The position numbers and the translations under genes were made by a program. A stretch of 64,000 nucleotides of DNA from an uncultured bacterium (GTDB lineage: Bacteria; Acidobacteriota; Thermoanaerobaculia; Multivoradales; JAHZIX01): positions 183,049 through 247,048 of the forward strand of contig CBDUPA010000012.1 in the NCBI GenBank assembly GCA_965368975.1. The letters are read 5' to 3'. Under the pieces are notes generated by a model. It ran no database searches. It was given only the letters and a program-made list of their open reading frames with translations, and was not told where the DNA came from. Of the stretch, positions 9,029 to 44,376 are shown one piece after another (position 1 is the first letter of the stretch; each line of letters starts with the position of its first letter).

Positions 9029-10810
9029 TCACCCCTCCAGCGTCACCCGGAAGGCCGCCATCTCTTCGCCGTTGCGCACGAGCAGCAGATCCCCGACGAG
9101 CACGGGGTGGTTCCAGGTCTTGCCTTCGATCGCTGGGACGCGCGCCAACTCTTCGAAACCGTCCGGCGTTGCGGACACCAGCGCCAGGTCGCCTTTCTCG
9201 GTCAGTACCAGCAACACGTCTTGATCCGCCAGCAGGACCAGCTGGCCGTGGCCGTAGCGGCCGCCCTTCCACGTTCGGGAGCCATCGCTGACGTCCATGG
9301 CGGCGAGGATGCCGCCGTCGAAGCCGTAGGCGTGGCCGTGGTGGAGGACCAGATCGTTGAAGTAGGGCTTGAGGCGGATGGAGTCCCACTCGGACTCGAC
9401 CTGCCATGCGCCGTCCAGGTGCTGCACGGCCAGGCTGCGCATACCGACGCCTTGGCCGGCACCGATGAGCACGCGGCCGTCGGACGGGAAGGCGGGTTGG
9501 GTCATGCTGAAGCCGTCCCACTCGTGCTGCCACAGTTCGCTGCCGTCCGGGGTGACGCTGACGATGCCGTTGTTGTTGAGCAGGAGGATCTGCTCGACGC
9601 CGTCGAGGGTGGCGAGGTGGGGAGAGCTGTAGCTGACGGGGACGCTGGTGCCCTTCCAGGCGATGTCGCCGGTGGTGGCGTCGTAGGCGATCAGGCCGCG
9701 GGCGTCGACCAGGACGAGGGTTCGGGGGGTGCCGTCGATGGTGGTTTCGAGGATCAGGGGCGAGCTGGAGAAGGCCCACTCCGGCACTTCGGCGCTCATG
9801 TCCTCGGCGGCGTTGCGGCTCCAGACGACGTTACCCGTCGCGGCATCAAGGGCGTTGAGGATGCCGGTGGCGCCGAAGGTGTAGACGCGGCCGGCGTGTA
9901 GGGTGGGGGTAGCGCGGGGACCGGCGCCGCCCTGGCTTTCCCAGAAACGGGCACGGTCGGCGTGTTGCCAGACGGGCTCGCCGGTGGTGGCGTCGTAGGC
10001 GCTGACGACTTCGTCGTCGCCGCGCTGTTCCTGGGTGTAGATCACGCTGCCTTGTACCGCGAAGGAGGACCAACCGGGGCCGATGGGGCGGCGCCACAGC
10101 TCTTGCGGCGGCTGGGACGTCCAGTCGGTGGCGATACGCACGCCGTGGACGATGCTGTCGCGCCGCGCGCCGCGGAAGCCGGGCCAAGCGGCCACGTGCG
10201 CCGGGTCCGCCGCGCTGGTTCCCATGGCGGAGCCGGCGAGGTCACTGGCCAGCTCTCCGGAGGTGGCGAGCAGGCGATCCTCTGCCGTTTCCGACCAGCG
10301 GAAGGCGAAGTTGGAGCGCGAGTCGCCCAGCACACCATCGGTGCGCAGGAAGAGCCACAGGCCGGAGCCGAAGAGGATGGCGGCGACCAGGGTCAGGCGG
10401 CGGGTACGGTCGGGCAGATGGCGGGTCGAGACGGCCCAGGCGACGAAGGCCAGGCACAGCGTCGGGATGGCGTAGATCGGGAAGAGGAAGCCCATCATGC
10501 CGGTCGAGATCGAGGTGTCGACGAACTGGAAGGTGATGAGGAGTGAGGCGATCATCAAGACGATGCCGCCCACCCGCTCGATCACCGCGGCGCGGCTGAA
10601 GAAGGCCCACCAGAGGAAGATGGCCAGGCCGCAGCCGAGGCCGCCCAGGACACCGAGGGCGATGTAGTCCGGGGCGACGCGAGGGATGCCGAAGCGCAGC
10701 GCCCACTGCAGGAGGACCAGGACCACGCCAGGCCAGAGGCGCAGTGTTGCTCGAGGACGGAGGGCTTGTCGAGGAAGCGGGTCTCGAGCTGGGGCGGAGG
10801 GGGGTGTCAT
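9029..10810 (-). CDS. PQQ-binding-like beta-propeller repeat protein (BamB-like) with N-terminal transmembrane helices
   Basis: About 4 TM segments, then WPGFRG, ELWRRPIGPGWSS, AYDATTGEPVW, GPRATP, ALDAATGNVVW and KTWNHPVL. Confidence 0.85.
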   Translation of the reverse strand: MTPPSAPARDPLPRQALRPRATLRLWPGVVLVLLQWALRFGIPRVAPDYIALGVLGGLGCGLAIFLWWAFFSRAAVIERVGGIVLMIASLLITFQFVDTSISTGMMGFLFPIYAIPTLCLAFVAWAVSTRHLPDRTRRLTLVAAILFGSGLWLFLRTDGVLGDSRSNFAFRWSETAEDRLLATSGELASDLAGSAMGTSAADPAHVAAWPGFRGARRDSIVHGVRIATDWTSQPPQELWRRPIGPGWSSFAVQGSVIYTQEQRGDDEVVSAYDATTGEPVWQHADRARFWESQGGAGPRATPTLHAGRVYTFGATGILNALDAATGNVVWSRNAAEDMSAEVPEWAFSSSPLILETTIDGTPRTLVLVDARGLIAYDATTGDIAWKGTSVPVSYSSPHLATLDGVEQILLLNNNGIVSVTPDGSELWQHEWDGFSMTQPAFPSDGRVLIGAGQGVGMRSLAVQHLDGAWQVESEWDSIRLKPYFNDLVLHHGHAYGFDGGILAAMDVSDGSRTWKGGRYGHGQLVLLADQDVLLVLTEKGDLALVSATPDGFEELARVPAIEGKTWNHPVLVGDLLLVRNGEEMAAFRVTLEG

Positions 10811-11009
10811 GGTGAGTCTCCCTGGTGTCTGTGAGCTTGGAAGTATTGTCAGCGGGACTGCCCTTGGTACGTCGGCAGGGCCAGGTTGTTACAGGGGGCG
10901 GCTCTGGCACCGCGACAGGGAGACGGCTAGACTAGCGAGTCTGGCAGATGGCGCGTCTGCTCCCTTTCCTTCCCAACGCTCCTTTTCGCCTTCAGGTTCC
11001 CGAGAAGCC

Positions 11010-37526
<26,517 letters not shown>

Positions 37527-37529
37527 GCC

Positions 37530-40049
37530 ATGGCGCGCGTTTTCCTCAGCTACAGCCGTGATTCCGACCTGCACGAAGAGCGCGTGGTGGAACTGGTCGA
37601 GCGCCTGCGGGACGAGGGCGTCGAGGTGGACTTTGATCGCGACACCAGGCCGACATCCGCGACCGGCCTGTCCGAGGATGTGCGCTCGGAAGATTGGCTG
37701 TCCTGGCTGCGCCAGCGTATCGAGGCGGCGGACATCGTTTTGGTGGTCTGTACGCCGCTCTACCGCCGCCTGTTCGAGGACGACGACGCGTTGGCCGAAG
37801 AAGGCTTCGTGCACGATGGTGTCGGTGTCCAGGGCGTGGTCCTGACGAGCGCCCACTTCCGCATTCAAGGCCCGCGTTTCCTGCCGGTCGTCTTCTCCTA
37901 CGAGGACGCACCCGGCATTCCGAGCGTACTGCAGAACAGCGCCTACTACGTGCTGTGGGAAGGCTTCCCCGCCCTCTCCCGCGCACTGACGGCGGATGCG
38001 CCCTCGGCCCCGTCCGAGACCGCGCCGCGGGTTGGCGTCGTGCGCCCCCGCACTGCACGCAAGGAAGCTACACGCAGCGGGGGCGCGCGCGGGAACACCT
38101 CCGCGTCCGCCAACGTCGTCCCCCTGCGCCCGTCGATCGAACCGTCGCCACCGAAGGCACGCTCCGGCGGCGGTGCGGACAAGCCCTGGCGTCCCCGCCG
38201 GGTCAGCAAGCAGACCGGTCAGCTAGCCGGGCAGCTGGAGCCGGGCATCGTGCTGGCGGGACGTTACGAGTTGGTGCAATTGGTTGGCCGCGGTGGCTTC
38301 GGCACCGTCTGGCAGGCGCGCGACCTGCGCCTCGAGCGCGACGTCGCGGTGAAGGTCTTCCAAGGTTCGCATGCCGACGACCACATCCGTGTCGAACGCT
38401 TCCACCGCGGCGCCCGTCGCATGGCCTCCTTGCAACACGAGGGTGTGGTGCGCGTGCTGGCCGAGGAAGGGGAAGACAGCGGCTTCCACTTCTTCGTCAT
38501 GGAGTATCTGCGGCGCGGCAACCTGCGACAAGTCGTGCTCGAAGGCGAGCTGTCCGGCGATGCCGCCCTCGACCTGATCGCCCAGGTCGGTGAAGCGCTC
38601 GCCTACGCTCACGAACGCGGCGTCGTGCACCGCGACGTCAAGCCGTCGAACATCCTGCTGGACGACGACGGCCGGCCGCAGCTCACCGACTTCGACCTCG
38701 TGCGCGCGCTCGACACCACCGGCGGCACGCGCACCGGCGCTCTGGGCACCTTCGTCTACGCGGCGCCCGAGCAACTCTCCAACGCCAAGAACGTCGGGCC
38801 GCAAGCGGACATCTACGCCCTCGGTATGACCGCCGTCTTCGCCCTGCACGGCGCCGACCTGCCCGCCACCGTGATCCGTCAGCTCGACCCGGTGCTCGAC
38901 GAGCTGGACTGCACGCCTTCGGTACGCGCGGTGCTGGAGAAGGCGCTAGCCTGGGAGCGCGGCGAGCGCTGGGAGACGGTCCGAGAGTTTCTGCAAGCCT
39001 TGAAGGCGGCACGCGAGCCGACCACCGGATCGACCTCCAGCGCCCCGCGTCGCCCTGCCTTGTGGTCACTGCTTACCGTATCCCTGGTCGCTGCAGCGTT
39101 GCTCGCCCTTGTGCTCTTCATCGTGGCCTGGAACCGAGGCTGGTTCGACGCGCGCCCCGCCCCATCGACCACCGCCGCGAACCTCGATATGCACTTCGTC
39201 GAAATCCCGGCCGGCACCTACAACGTCGGCAGCCCCGAGGCCGAGACCGGCCGCGGCGCCGCCGACTGGTTACCGCGCGACGTCACCCTACGCCGAGGCT
39301 TCGCCATCGCCGAGACCGAAGTCACGCAAGCGCAGTGGGCCGCCCTCATGCCCAACGCCCGCGTCGCACACTTCGACACCTGCGGTCCGTCGTGCCCGGT
39401 CGAGCAGGTGAGCTGGTTCGAGGCCGTCGCCTTCGCCAACCGCCTGTCCGCGTTCGAAGGCCGTCAGCTGTGCTACGACGGCTGCGTCGGCGATCCGCGC
39501 GGCGAGACCTACTTTTGCGACACCGTCCAGCGTCGCGCCAGCTGCGATGGGTACCGCCTGCCGAGCGAACTCGAATGGGAGATCGCCGCCCGTGCCGGAA
39601 CCCAGACCGCCACCTACGCCGGTGACCTGGTCCTGCGCGGCCGCCGCGACGTGCCCATCCTCGACGGTATCGCCTGGTACTCTGGCAACAGCGGTGTCGA
39701 CTATGCGGGTGGCATGGACTGCTCCGAATGGGGCGAGATGCAAGCTCCCGCGTCGTCGTGCGGCACCCATCCCGTGGCAGGCAAGGCACCCAACGCGTGG
39801 GGCTTGTCCGACATGCTGGGCAACGTCCGCGAGTGGACCGGCGATTGGTACACCCCCAGCGGCACAGATACGGATCCAGAAGGCTCCGTCAGCGGCTCCG
39901 AGCGCATCTTCCGCGGCGGCTCGTGGGCCAGCCTACCCGCCGAAACGCGCGCCAGCACCCGCGCCTGGAGCCCTCCCGGAACCCGGCTCGCGAACCTCGG
40001 TTTCCGTCTGGTCCGCAGCCTGGACCTGGCCGAGACTGCAGACCCCTGA
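37530..40049 (+). CDS. SEFIR/TIR - Ser/Thr kinase - TM - FGE-sulfatase (C-lectin fold) multidomain protein
   Basis: RVFLSYSRDS...ADIVLVVCT (SEFIR). GRGGFGTVW, VAVK, HRDVKPSN, DFD and YAAPE (Hanks kinase). A TM helix. TEVTQAQW, YRLPSELEWE, PNAWGLSDMLGNVREW and RGGSW...LGFRL (FGE). Starts 3 nt after the NRPS stop. Confidence 0.9.
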   Translation: MARVFLSYSRDSDLHEERVVELVERLRDEGVEVDFDRDTRPTSATGLSEDVRSEDWLSWLRQRIEAADIVLVVCTPLYRRLFEDDDALAEEGFVHDGVGVQGVVLTSAHFRIQGPRFLPVVFSYEDAPGIPSVLQNSAYYVLWEGFPALSRALTADAPSAPSETAPRVGVVRPRTARKEATRSGGARGNTSASANVVPLRPSIEPSPPKARSGGGADKPWRPRRVSKQTGQLAGQLEPGIVLAGRYELVQLVGRGGFGTVWQARDLRLERDVAVKVFQGSHADDHIRVERFHRGARRMASLQHEGVVRVLAEEGEDSGFHFFVMEYLRRGNLRQVVLEGELSGDAALDLIAQVGEALAYAHERGVVHRDVKPSNILLDDDGRPQLTDFDLVRALDTTGGTRTGALGTFVYAAPEQLSNAKNVGPQADIYALGMTAVFALHGADLPATVIRQLDPVLDELDCTPSVRAVLEKALAWERGERWETVREFLQALKAAREPTTGSTSSAPRRPALWSLLTVSLVAAALLALVLFIVAWNRGWFDARPAPSTTAANLDMHFVEIPAGTYNVGSPEAETGRGAADWLPRDVTLRRGFAIAETEVTQAQWAALMPNARVAHFDTCGPSCPVEQVSWFEAVAFANRLSAFEGRQLCYDGCVGDPRGETYFCDTVQRRASCDGYRLPSELEWEIAARAGTQTATYAGDLVLRGRRDVPILDGIAWYSGNSGVDYAGGMDCSEWGEMQAPASSCGTHPVAGKAPNAWGLSDMLGNVREWTGDWYTPSGTDTDPEGSVSGSERIFRGGSWASLPAETRASTRAWSPPGTRLANLGFRLVRSLDLAETADP

Positions 40050-40069
40050 AAAGGACGACCTGTCCCCGG

Positions 40070-40237
40070 CTAGTCCAAGCCGGCCCCGATGCAGATCAGG
40101 CACATTGCAGTCGACATCACGGAGACAGACGTACAGTACCCACCGCCGATCTGCTCAATGTCCAGGTCATGCAGTGTCGTCAGCGTCTCGCGGCTGAGTC
40201 GGAGTTTCTGCAGTCGATATTCGTGTGATTTCTTCAT
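40070..40237 (-). CDS. Lanthipeptide-like RiPP precursor (55 aa, not in ORF track)
   Basis: Hand translation MKKSHEYRLQKLRLSRETLTTLHDLDIEQIGG-GYCTSVSVMSTAMCLICIGAGLD. GGAGGAG RBS, KLxLxRETL leader, double Gly, Cys/Ser/Thr-rich core. Confidence 0.75.
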   Translation of the reverse strand: MKKSHEYRLQKLRLSRETLTTLHDLDIEQIGGGYCTSVSVMSTAMCLICIGAGLD

Positions 40238-40492
40238 GTTCTCCTCCAGTACATGGGATGTATTGCGCTAGCGAGACCGTTGTCGGCTAGCGGTGGCAAG
40301 TTTCTGCAGTGGACCGTAGATCAGATAGGAAAGTGCATGGCAGCCTATTCTCTATATTGACAAAGGTCAATGAGTTTTCAGCGATCTCTGAGGAACTGGA
40401 GGCCGCCCAACGACCTTTCGGTCTCGGGCGGTTTCGAGAGTTCGGACTACCCCGGGTCGGTGGCCGGGGCAGCCCATTTCTGAGGTGTGGTT

Positions 40493-40693
40493 CTAGGAGC
40501 GGGCGGGCAAGCCTATGGCAATACCGTTCGGGCAGAGTTCGTGCGGGCACAGGCTTTTGTAGGTGTACTCGCAGGTCGGATCGTTTCGACTGTCCACGTC
40601 TCCCTCGACCTGTGCCAAGCCGCCGGCATCCAGGCTTGCGATCGTCTCCCGACTCAAGTTGAACTTGCGGTGGGTGTGTTTCGCTTTCTTCAT
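40493..40693 (-). CDS. Lanthipeptide-like RiPP precursor (66 aa)
   Basis: MKKAKHTHRKFNLSRETIASLD...QVEG leader, core with 3 Cys and several Ser/Thr, AGGAGG RBS. Confidence 0.7.
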   Translation of the reverse strand: MKKAKHTHRKFNLSRETIASLDAGGLAQVEGDVDSRNDPTCEYTYKSLCPHELCPNGIAIGLPARS

Positions 40694-40838
40694 GCTTTCC
40701 TCCTGTCAGGGGTGGGTATCAGACGATTTCATGCTGAAATCCTTATTACTCTCCGTCTGCTGAATTGGGGTCGACAACCCGGCTCACAACAAGCGCGGCA
40801 GCCCCAGACCCACCGGCCACCAGGCTGTGTTCTCCCGC

Positions 40839-43451
40839 TCAGCCACCACCCAGCACCTGCATCTCCGGACCCCGCAGCCCCACCAGCACCGGCTCGCCGT
40901 CTTCGGACACGCGCAGCTCGGCGTACTTGGCGTTGGAGAAGAAGCCCGCTCGACCCTCTTCGAAGAAGAAGCTCTCGATACCCAGGCGCAACTCGTTGCC
41001 GCTGCCCCAACGTTGCAGGCGCTGGCGGTAGTCGAGCAGCTGCTGGTCGGCTTCCAGCGTTGCCGAACCGTCCCAGAAGCTCTCGAATTCGGCGACGCCT
41101 TGGGCGTCGAGTCGCACCACCAGGTGCCCGCGGCGTGGCTGTTCCTGCAGCACTTCCTGCTCGCTGGCGGCTTGGTGCAACTGGTAGTTCAGCACCATGT
41201 AATCGCCCTGCATCAGCGAGCGCGGATCGATGGGACGCAGTTCGAGCAACACTGTGCGGCCGGAGTCGACGATTTGCTGTTTCTGGTAGCTCTGCCAGCC
41301 GGGAATCGCCAGAGCGACGAGGACCAGGGCGGCCAGCGCGCCAAGCTGTGGTGCCGTCCGCGCAGGTCCTGCGTCGGGGTGGCCTTCTCCGGGTGTGCCG
41401 GTTTCGCGCTCGCGTGCCACCAAGCGACGCAACGCGATGGCGGACAGCAATAAGACGAAACCGCTGCCGGTGACCCACAGCGACTTCTCAAGCAGCGGTA
41501 CGTCGAGGCGGTAGTAGAAGTCGAAGAGGAATCCGCCGACGTAGAGCAGGCCGAAGGCCGACAACCAGCGCTCACGACGCCAGAAGCCGAGCACGAGCAG
41601 CAACAGACCGGCGCTGACGCCGGGCACGTCCATGGTCAGCAGGGCGACGACAAGCAGACCGGCGAAGGCGGCGAGGACCGGCGGACGGCTGACCGAGATG
41701 TCGACCTGCCGCAAGGCACGCTGCAGCACAACGAGGGTCAGTGCGGCGAAGGCGAGGGCGAGGATGGGGCGCGGCAGGAAGGTGTCGAGCTGTCCCAAGG
41801 GCCAGGCGTGCAGGGTCGCCAGCAGAGGAATCGCCATGCCGATCGCCAGGCCCAGGCCGAGCGGTCGCCACAGGCTGTGGGTCTCGCCAGCCGGCGCGTC
41901 GGCGAGAGACTTCCTCTGCCACCACAGCGCGATCACGATCGTGGCGACGCCCAGCGCCAGTAGCTGGACGAAGAACGGGTGCAGTTCCAGAGCACCGCAC
42001 AGCCACGTCAACCAGCCGACCAGGGCGAAAGCAGCCGCCAGACGCAGCAGGGGAAGCCGAACGAAGGCCAGTACCGGCAACTGCAACAAGGCCAGGAGCA
42101 AGGGGTGGCTGACATCGCTGCCGCCATCGAGCACCGCGACGAACAGGCACACCTGACCCGTCACTGCGAGAACCCAAGTGAGCTGGACGGCAAACACCGC
42201 CGTCGAGCCACGCATGCCGAGAACCAGGGCACCCAGGTAGAGCAGCGCCCCCAGGACTCCGGCGGCCACGGGGTTGTCCAGCAAGCCGGCGACGCCCAGG
42301 AAGATCGCGAGCACGATCGCGCCGATCCAGGTGCCGAGGCCGACGAAGAGGTGCACGAACCAGGGTGTGTCGCGCGCCACGTCGGAGGAGGTGTCGCTGC
42401 CGTCTAGCGCTTGGAGCTCCGGTTGCGCTGCAGCAGTCTCCTCGGCGTTGCCCTCCACGGGTCGGCTTTCCGTTGGGCTCTCCATTGGCCGAGCCGCGTG
42501 CCGGCGGCGCCAGTCGAGCAACCAGGTCGCCAACAGCCACACCTGGCCACAGATCGCCAGGCCGAGCAGCAGGAAGAAGGCGGTGTCGTCAATTTGAGCG
42601 TACCGCATCAGCTTGCTGATCAACGAGGTCAGCAACACGCACGCTCCCGCCGCCCCGGTGGCGAGCAGCAGCAGGTCCGGGATGCGCCTGCGGTAGGTGG
42701 CATAGATCGCTGCCAGCGCTGCCAGCGCCAGCAGCACGGCGGTGGCGCGCCACGGAAGGCCGCTGCTCGACGTGTCGGTGCCGAAGTTCGACCTGCTGAT
42801 CGCTGTCGCCGCACAACCGACCAGTGACCACAGCCCGAGGCCGGCGGCGGCGTAGATCAGCAGGCTTTGGCGCCCTCCGCGCGGAGCCACGCTGGCGCGC
42901 CGTTCCAGGCTGGCGATGATCAGCGCGTACACCGCCGCCAGTGCTGCCACCACCGGCAGCCCGGGGGCCGAAAACATGCCGGCCTGTGTCACGGACTGGA
43001 AGGTGAACACCCAGGCGGTGAAGTGCAGCAGCGCCAGCCACAGCACCCACCCTCCCTGCAGCCGCGCCAGGGCCGCGAAGCCGGCGAGCACCAGGGTCCA
43101 CAGGGCGTAGATCTCCCAGGCGTCGGCACCGGTTTGGTAGATCTGGCCGTAGAGCGCAATCAGCGGTCCAAAGAGCAGCCCGGCCAGCAAGACCGCCATG
43201 CGGCCGCTCAGCGTTCCGAGACCGAGCACTGCTCCGGTCAGCGCCGAGGCCACCAGCGCCCCGGCCACCAGGCCGAGTCGCTGATTGGGCGTCAGGTCGC
43301 TCCAGTTCGCCGCTACGAAGAACACCACGCCGATGGCCAGCAGCACTGAGCCGAGGCCGAGCAGGTGCAGGCGGGCGAAGCGGTACCAGGCTTCAGCGCC
43401 AGGTGGTGGTGGCAGCGGCGGCGGCGTCAGGGGATCCGGAGAGTCGGACAT
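40839..43451 (-). CDS. Integral membrane DUF2157 / DUF4401-like / GDYXXLXY fusion protein
   Basis: GVVFFVAANW and GQIYQTGAD (DUF2157), many TM helices, FYYRLDVPLLEKS, and LRPIDPRSLMQGDYMVLNY (GDYXXLXY). Confidence 0.88.
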   Translation of the reverse strand: MSDSPDPLTPPPLPPPPGAEAWYRFARLHLLGLGSVLLAIGVVFFVAANWSDLTPNQRLGLVAGALVASALTGAVLGLGTLSGRMAVLLAGLLFGPLIALYGQIYQTGADAWEIYALWTLVLAGFAALARLQGGWVLWLALLHFTAWVFTFQSVTQAGMFSAPGLPVVAALAAVYALIIASLERRASVAPRGGRQSLLIYAAAGLGLWSLVGCAATAISRSNFGTDTSSSGLPWRATAVLLALAALAAIYATYRRRIPDLLLLATGAAGACVLLTSLISKLMRYAQIDDTAFFLLLGLAICGQVWLLATWLLDWRRRHAARPMESPTESRPVEGNAEETAAAQPELQALDGSDTSSDVARDTPWFVHLFVGLGTWIGAIVLAIFLGVAGLLDNPVAAGVLGALLYLGALVLGMRGSTAVFAVQLTWVLAVTGQVCLFVAVLDGGSDVSHPLLLALLQLPVLAFVRLPLLRLAAAFALVGWLTWLCGALELHPFFVQLLALGVATIVIALWWQRKSLADAPAGETHSLWRPLGLGLAIGMAIPLLATLHAWPLGQLDTFLPRPILALAFAALTLVVLQRALRQVDISVSRPPVLAAFAGLLVVALLTMDVPGVSAGLLLLVLGFWRRERWLSAFGLLYVGGFLFDFYYRLDVPLLEKSLWVTGSGFVLLLSAIALRRLVARERETGTPGEGHPDAGPARTAPQLGALAALVLVALAIPGWQSYQKQQIVDSGRTVLLELRPIDPRSLMQGDYMVLNYQLHQAASEQEVLQEQPRRGHLVVRLDAQGVAEFESFWDGSATLEADQQLLDYRQRLQRWGSGNELRLGIESFFFEEGRAGFFSNAKYAELRVSEDGEPVLVGLRGPEMQVLGGG

Positions 43452-43570
43452 GAGGCACCTCTGGGGTAGGGTTGACTGCGGTCATCCTACCCCAGAGGCC
43501 ACTTTCACCTATCGTGGTCTCGATCGGATCGACTCAGGCCGAGTTGATCGAGAGGTTGAGAGCCGGTAGG

Positions 43571-43735
43571 TTACTGGCAGGTCTTGGAGTCGAGCGGCGG
43601 GTCGCAGTAACCGAAGCAAAGACTCGGGCAGGAAAACTCGGTGCGCAGTCCACCTTGCACGTCGGTCAGTCGGACGTCGCGCAGGTGGATCAGAGTTTCA
43701 CGTCGGAGTTGGAGCTTCTTGGTTCTCTTCTGCAT
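43571..43735 (-). CDS. Lanthipeptide-like RiPP precursor (54 aa)
   Basis: MQKRTKKLQLRRETLIHLRDVRLTDVQGG-LRTEFSCPSLCFGYCDPPLDSKTCQ. GAGGAG RBS before the ATG at 43735. Confidence 0.75.
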   Translation of the reverse strand: MQKRTKKLQLRRETLIHLRDVRLTDVQGGLRTEFSCPSLCFGYCDPPLDSKTCQ

Positions 43736-43926
43736 GTTTTCTCTCCTCATGTTGAGATCGAATGATGGGGAATCATATCTCATTCTGATTCGAGCATGCA
43801 TGCGATTCATCTCGGCGACCAGGAGCGGGTTTTCCCAGTGCTTCTTCTGAGCTGAGACCGCGTTCTGATAGAGCCAACCGTTGAGAGCATGCGGTCGAGC
43901 AGGTCAGCTGCTTTGGGTCGAGACTC

Positions 43927-43968
43927 GGCCAAGGCCAAGGCCAAGGCCAAGGCCGGGGGTGGGGGGGC
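43927..43968 (+). repeat. (GGCCAA)x4 tandem repeat fused to a G-tract motif shared with the FGE cassette tails
   Basis: ggccaa x4 then ggccgggggtgggggggc. The ccaaggccgggg(g)tgggggg(g)c motif recurs at 48132 and 51345. Confidence 0.7.
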
Positions 43969-44087
43969 ATCCTTCCTGAATCCACCTTTCCGCCCTTTCT
44001 CATTCCTTCATTCCGCTGCACTCTCTAGACAACGGCATCCCCTGGCCGCCTTCCGCGATCCAGCGGAGATGTCTGAGAGGAGACTCC

Positions 44088-44213
44088 ATGTCTAGCTTTC
44101 ACAGTGCAGTAGGAACCCTTCTGAGTCTGGTTCTCCAGCCCGAGTTGCAGAGAGGCCCAGGGATCGATCCCGATGGATTCGTTGTCCAGGGTGCGGGATT
44201 CGATCCGAACTGA
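44088..44213 (+). CDS. Small peptide (41 aa) with two GxG[IF]DP[DN] repeats (not in ORF track)
   Basis: GAGAGGAG RBS. Translation MSSFHSAVGTLLSLVLQPELQRGPGIDPDGFVVQGAGFDPN. A strong hairpin follows. Confidence 0.65.
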   Translation: MSSFHSAVGTLLSLVLQPELQRGPGIDPDGFVVQGAGFDPN

Positions 44214-44242
44214 GGGGGGACTGGGCTGAGAAGAGCCTTACC

Positions 44243-44273
44243 GGCGGCCAGGTTCGAACCTGGCCGCCTTCTT
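44243..44273 (+). terminator. Probable intrinsic terminator/attenuator hairpin
   Basis: ggcggccaggt-tcga-acctggccgcc perfect stem followed by ttctt. Confidence 0.55.
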
Positions 44274-44376
44274 GGTCGGTGCACTTTCTGCTGTTGAAAT
44301 GAGCTCTCTTGTCACGGTAAGCAACTTAGGATGCACGATGAAGTCAGCCGACGAACTACGGAGGAACCCGTTCAGG

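Noticed and set aside
10686-11009. N-terminal 108 aa of the 8946-aa track ORF
   Set aside because: It overlaps the opposite-strand PQQ-propeller gene and is low-complexity. C-domain homology and similarity to the NRPS 2 start begin at ATG 11010.
39900-40020. C terminus of the first (TM) kinase-FGE as a third DGR variable region
   Set aside because: Its codons do not follow the NNC pattern consistently, it lacks the shared hairpin tail, and it is too diverged from the other two to support the call.
43810-44087. Intergenic region as a possible DGR template repeat, and any RT gene in the window
   Set aside because: No AAC-rich copy of the RGGSW...GFR segment and no RT motifs were found by eye anywhere in the window.
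44243-44268. GGTTCGAACC resembling a tRNA T-arm
   Set aside because: It is the centre of a perfect palindrome, and no acceptor, D or anticodon arms can be built around it.
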